A stretch of DNA of 47,084 nt from a virus (lineage: Duplodnaviria > Caudoviricetes): positions 1-47,084 of IMG/VR virus record IMGVR_UViG_3300032883_000151; one strand, given 5' to 3'. The translations under genes were made by a program, and so were the position numbers. The notes beneath the pieces were generated by a model. It saw nothing but the letters and a program-made list of their open reading frames with translations. It made no database searches and had not been told where the DNA came from. This document shows positions 44,043-47,084 of the stretch, in pieces (the stretch's first letter is position 1; every line of letters begins with the position of its first letter).

Positions 44043-44606
44043 TTAGGCCCGCTCGTGCGGGCAGTAGCCGTAGTAACCACGAGCGCAGTTGCAGTTGTGG
44101 CAAAGCACGCGATACCCCGGCGATAGGGCTGGAAGTGCGGCGAAGAGCTTTCGGTATACACCAGTGGTTCCACCAAGCGCGCTTCGTTCTTCTGCGCCAT
44201 TCCCGCTGGTGTGGTCGATGCCCAAGAATTCCATCGTCGGTTCCTCGCAGCACGCGCACTTCCCGCCATATGCCTCCAACACAGACACTCTGCGCGCCTT
44301 GTACATCTCGCGCCACATCTTCTTCAGCTTCGTGGCGTGCTTTCCGCGATACCGCTTGGTCGCAGCGCACCACTTGGCACGCTGACTATCGCTTCTATTG
44401 GCATACTTCTCTCGGCGTTTCCGATTGCTGGCCTTGGCTGTACGCTGCCAGCCTACCCTGCGACATGCTCGGCATTGAGAGTGCCGTCCACCGACTCCAT
44501 CTTTCCTTGGGGAGAAGTCGGTGAACGGCTTGCTCTGCTTGCACTTGGTACATCGTTTGGCGTCTGGTCGATGACGGGCCACGGAGTTGGTGTAGCTGAC
44601 CGCCAC
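44043..44606 (-). CDS. HNH-type homing endonuclease
   Basis: KRCTKCK..CRAC; YGGKCACC..FLGIDH..YRVLCHNCN. Confidence 0.82.
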   Translation of the reverse strand: MAVSYTNSVARHRPDAKRCTKCKQSKPFTDFSPRKDGVGGRHSQCRACRRVGWQRTAKASNRKRREKYANRSDSQRAKWCAATKRYRGKHATKLKKMWREMYKARRVSVLEAYGGKCACCEEPTMEFLGIDHTSGNGAEERSALGGTTGVYRKLFAALPALSPGYRVLCHNCNCARGYYGYCPHERA

Positions 44607-46316
44607 TCACATGCGAGCGAAATCTGCCATCACGCTAGGCGCAGCCGTGTCAAACCCGACCACGTCGAGCATCCCAGCGTCACTCGGATCGGCGATGGTA
44701 AAATCCGACGCTGTCATGCCGACGACGATCAGCTTGGAGGCGCGGCCCATTTTGTTCCGGTAGTCCCGAAGGGCCTGGAACGGATGGACAGCTCCTGCCC
44801 AGGTCTCCGAGTCCGTGTAGATGACGAAGGTGTCGACCTCGACCTTGTTCTGGAGGGCCCAGATCATCGGGAGCGCGCAGTCCGTGCCTCCGAAGGGCAG
44901 GCCCGAGACCGTCGCGATCACGTCGTCGAGACGCTTCTTGTGCGAGATGTCGATGGTGCTGATGCCAGCCTCACCGCCACCCCACATTCCGCCGTAGGCA
45001 CGAGACGAGTGACCCGCCGAGGTGAAACCGACGACCGCGTAGTTCTTCTCGGTCTTCGCCGTCACCATCGCCATCGCTGCCGATGCGTCACGAGGCGTGA
45101 GCCCCGGAACGCCAGCGATGTCTCCCGCTCCCATCGACCCCGAGACGTCGAGAGCCAGCAAGTGGTTCTTGCCGGTGGGCTCGATTGCCTTGAAGGCGAG
45201 GTAGAACGACTCGTCCAGCGCGTCGACCACTTCCCGGACGGGAGTCCAGGAGAGCTTGCCGCGCTCGCCGTGGCCCTGCTTGTAGACGCGGAGCGCCGAC
45301 AGCAGAGCAATCGGGTGGACGCGCGCCTTGCGCAGACGGTCGGCGTTCGTGACCTCGGCGACGACGTGCTTGGTCGCATCGTTCATCGGCCCGAGGAGCC
45401 CGACCGCCGTCATCTTGGCGAGGTTGCGGACCATGGCCGTCAGCGGCATGTGAGGCAGAAGCACCTCCCACACGGCCTTCTCGTTCTTCCACTGCGTCGG
45501 CAGCATCTCGTGAGAGAGGCTGTCGTTCGCCTTGAGGATCGAGACGACTTCCTTCGCGTCCGTCGCCGCCTTCAGCCGCTCGAAGTCACGGACCAGCATC
45601 GGCAGAGACGCTTCCTTGATCGGATCGTACTTCACGATCCGCTCGGACTTGTCGCTCATCCGGCGCTTGATCTCGCGCTCGCCCGTGCCCTCGTAGCCGG
45701 ACACGATCCACCGGAACAGGGCGTCGTGCTCCACGTCCTTCGCAACAGCGTGCGAGAGACGCAGAAGGTCGCGGTGGCTCCAGCCGTCACGCGACTGGTA
45801 CTTCACGACCTGGTACGCCAGCTTGTCGGCGGGCTTGTCGTTGTACCAGGCCGCGATGGCGTTGCGGAGGCCACGGCCCCACTTGCGGAACGACTCGACA
45901 TCGCGCGCAAAGTGGAACAGGTGCGTGCCGATGCGCGCCACCTTCGGCAGAACCGCCAGCGCGGCCCGACGGGTGTCCACGTTGTCGTGGCCAGCCGCCA
46001 TCGCCAGGGCGAAGATCGCAGGATCGTTCTTCGGCGCCCGGCCGGAGTCCGACATCTCGACGATTCGCGCGACCGTGCGTGCCCCATCTTCGTCGAGGCA
46101 CTCCATCACGGTCTTCGCGTTGTCCTTCGTCATCGCGCGCTCGGAGGCGTAGTACGAACCTCCCTCCGCGCCGAGGATCAGCCAGCGGTCCAGCCGTGCC
46201 CACTTGTCGAGCACGAACGAGAATCCGCCCGCGTGGTTCTGCTCCTGTCCCGGCTTCGCCTTCTCCGACTGCGGAGTCGAACGGGTCGAAACGTGCTTGG
46301 CGTAGTTCGTCGCCAT
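44607..46316 (-). CDS. rsr: Ro60/TROVE domain RNA-binding protein
   Basis: NHAGGFSF..RWLILGAEGGSYYA, RIGTHLFHF, KYQSRDGWSHRDLLRLSH, MVRNLAKMT, vWA LDVSGSM, GGTDCALPM, YTDSETW, MLDVVGFD. Confidence 0.96.
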   Translation of the reverse strand: MATNYAKHVSTRSTPQSEKAKPGQEQNHAGGFSFVLDKWARLDRWLILGAEGGSYYASERAMTKDNAKTVMECLDEDGARTVARIVEMSDSGRAPKNDPAIFALAMAAGHDNVDTRRAALAVLPKVARIGTHLFHFARDVESFRKWGRGLRNAIAAWYNDKPADKLAYQVVKYQSRDGWSHRDLLRLSHAVAKDVEHDALFRWIVSGYEGTGEREIKRRMSDKSERIVKYDPIKEASLPMLVRDFERLKAATDAKEVVSILKANDSLSHEMLPTQWKNEKAVWEVLLPHMPLTAMVRNLAKMTAVGLLGPMNDATKHVVAEVTNADRLRKARVHPIALLSALRVYKQGHGERGKLSWTPVREVVDALDESFYLAFKAIEPTGKNHLLALDVSGSMGAGDIAGVPGLTPRDASAAMAMVTAKTEKNYAVVGFTSAGHSSRAYGGMWGGGEAGISTIDISHKKRLDDVIATVSGLPFGGTDCALPMIWALQNKVEVDTFVIYTDSETWAGAVHPFQALRDYRNKMGRASKLIVVGMTASDFTIADPSDAGMLDVVGFDTAAPSVMADFARM

Positions 46317-46318
46317 GG

Positions 46319-46384
46319 TGTCCTCTGCTTTTCGGCCCGAGTCCCTCGGGCAAGGGTGGCTTCGTTGGGGAAGCCGAGTGGACA
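46319..46384 (-). promoter_or_regulatory. Structured ro60 5' UTR containing a Ro60-binding-type helix beside the RBS
   Basis: CTTGCCCGAG-GGA-CTCGGGCCGAA (46331-46354); TGTCCACT can pair with AGAGGACA, which contains the SD. Confidence 0.65.
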
Positions 46385-46390
46385 GGCGGC

Positions 46391-46419
46391 ACTTTAGAGC
46401 GTCAGAAGTGACGTGTCAA
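46391..46419 (-). promoter_or_regulatory. sigma70-type promoter of ro60
   Basis: TTGACA-N17-TAAAGT. Confidence 0.75.
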
Positions 46420-46436
46420 GTGCGCTGCTGAAGATT

Positions 46437-46514
46437 TGGGGTGAGCGACGAGAATTGAACTCGCACCTTCTGGGCCACAACCAGACGTGCAGAAACCACT
46501 ACACCACGCCCACC
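46437..46514 (-). tRNA. tRNA-His(GUG)
   Basis: G-1/C73, loop TTGTGGC, CCA. Confidence 0.93.
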
Positions 46515-46517
46515 ATG

Positions 46518-46985
46518 CTACTTGAAGTCGTAGATCGTCACGGCCACGCCGTTGGCGATCAGGATCTGGTTGATCATCGGCTCGATGATGGTCCAGTCGC
46601 CACCTGCAAGCCCGCAGCCGAACCTGGGAGCGGCCACGGCCGCCCTGTTCGTCAACGCTTCGTGTCCCACTCGTCCCAGACACTCGGCGAGCGCGTCGTA
46701 CCGGATCGGTGCCAGCGCCACGTCCTTCGGACGTCGGATGCCGCGTTGCGCGATCATGTTGGCGACTGTGATCCGGTCGGCCACTCGGACGAACTGCACG
46801 GCGCCGAGTGTTGCGTCGCTCGTCCGTGACCAGGCTCGGAACCCGCCTTCTGCCGCAGGCCACCGCCGGCCGATGGCGCCGGAGACTCCAGCGCCCCAGC
46901 GACCTTCGTCGTTGCAGACGTGCGCGACGATGATCTCGCCGGTCGCTACCGGCTCGGTCACGTCGCCTTCGACGTACTGAATCAC
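46518..46985 (-). CDS. Macrodomain (Appr-1''-p/ADP-ribose processing) protein
   Basis: IQYVEGDVT..AHVCNDEGRWGAGV..ANMIAQ..PRFGCGLAGGDW; GGAGG RBS before GTG 46985. Confidence 0.9.
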   Translation of the reverse strand: MIQYVEGDVTEPVATGEIIVAHVCNDEGRWGAGVSGAIGRRWPAAEGGFRAWSRTSDATLGAVQFVRVADRITVANMIAQRGIRRPKDVALAPIRYDALAECLGRVGHEALTNRAAVAAPRFGCGLAGGDWTIIEPMINQILIANGVAVTIYDFK

Positions 46986-47084
46986 GATGCTTCCTCCGCG
47001 AAGGCGGCGCGCAGCTTCTGGTACTCCTCGTCCGGCCAGTCCATGTAGCAGACGCCGTCCTTGCACTCCGGGCACATCCACTCG

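Noticed and set aside
44211-46397. 728-aa plus-strand ORF
   Set aside because: Antisense shadow of ro60 and the HNH gene.

Overview
GC-rich segment of a large phage or phage-like genome. A Myxococcota/Polyangia-like host is an inference only. Left part (1-28 kb): ADP-ribosyltransferase-like and protein-kinase-like genes punctuated by a recurrent (R)NP motif, two HTH regulators, an intein-containing SNF2 helicase, Bet/RecT, a Rad50/SbcC-like ATPase, a MazG-like hydrolase, GroES, a metallophosphoesterase, a Nudix hydrolase, a 1431-aa tyrosine recombinase and a vWA protein. Right part (28.7-47 kb): a minus-strand array of 33 tRNA genes, including four 8/4-fold tRNA-Ser and a probable amber suppressor. 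It is interleaved with HNH endonucleases, RNA-repair and translation genes (RtcB remnant, Pth2-like, polynucleotide kinase, 2H phosphoesterase, macrodomain) and Ro60/TROVE. Two unannotated systems stand out. (i) A leaderless mini-ORF, M-Y-S-amber-LLQRSRGPP, whose PPW codons are complementary to the next gene's Shine-Dalgarno; this is a candidate amber-readthrough/ribosome-arrest switch heading the operon that holds Pth2 and the tRNA(CUA). (ii) Seven copies of the Ro60-binding bulged helix: three Y-RNA-like RNAs, two tRNA-scaffolded circularly permuted Y-RNA-like RNAs and two mRNA-embedded sites, one beside the ro60 RBS. All calls were made by eye; no searches were run.
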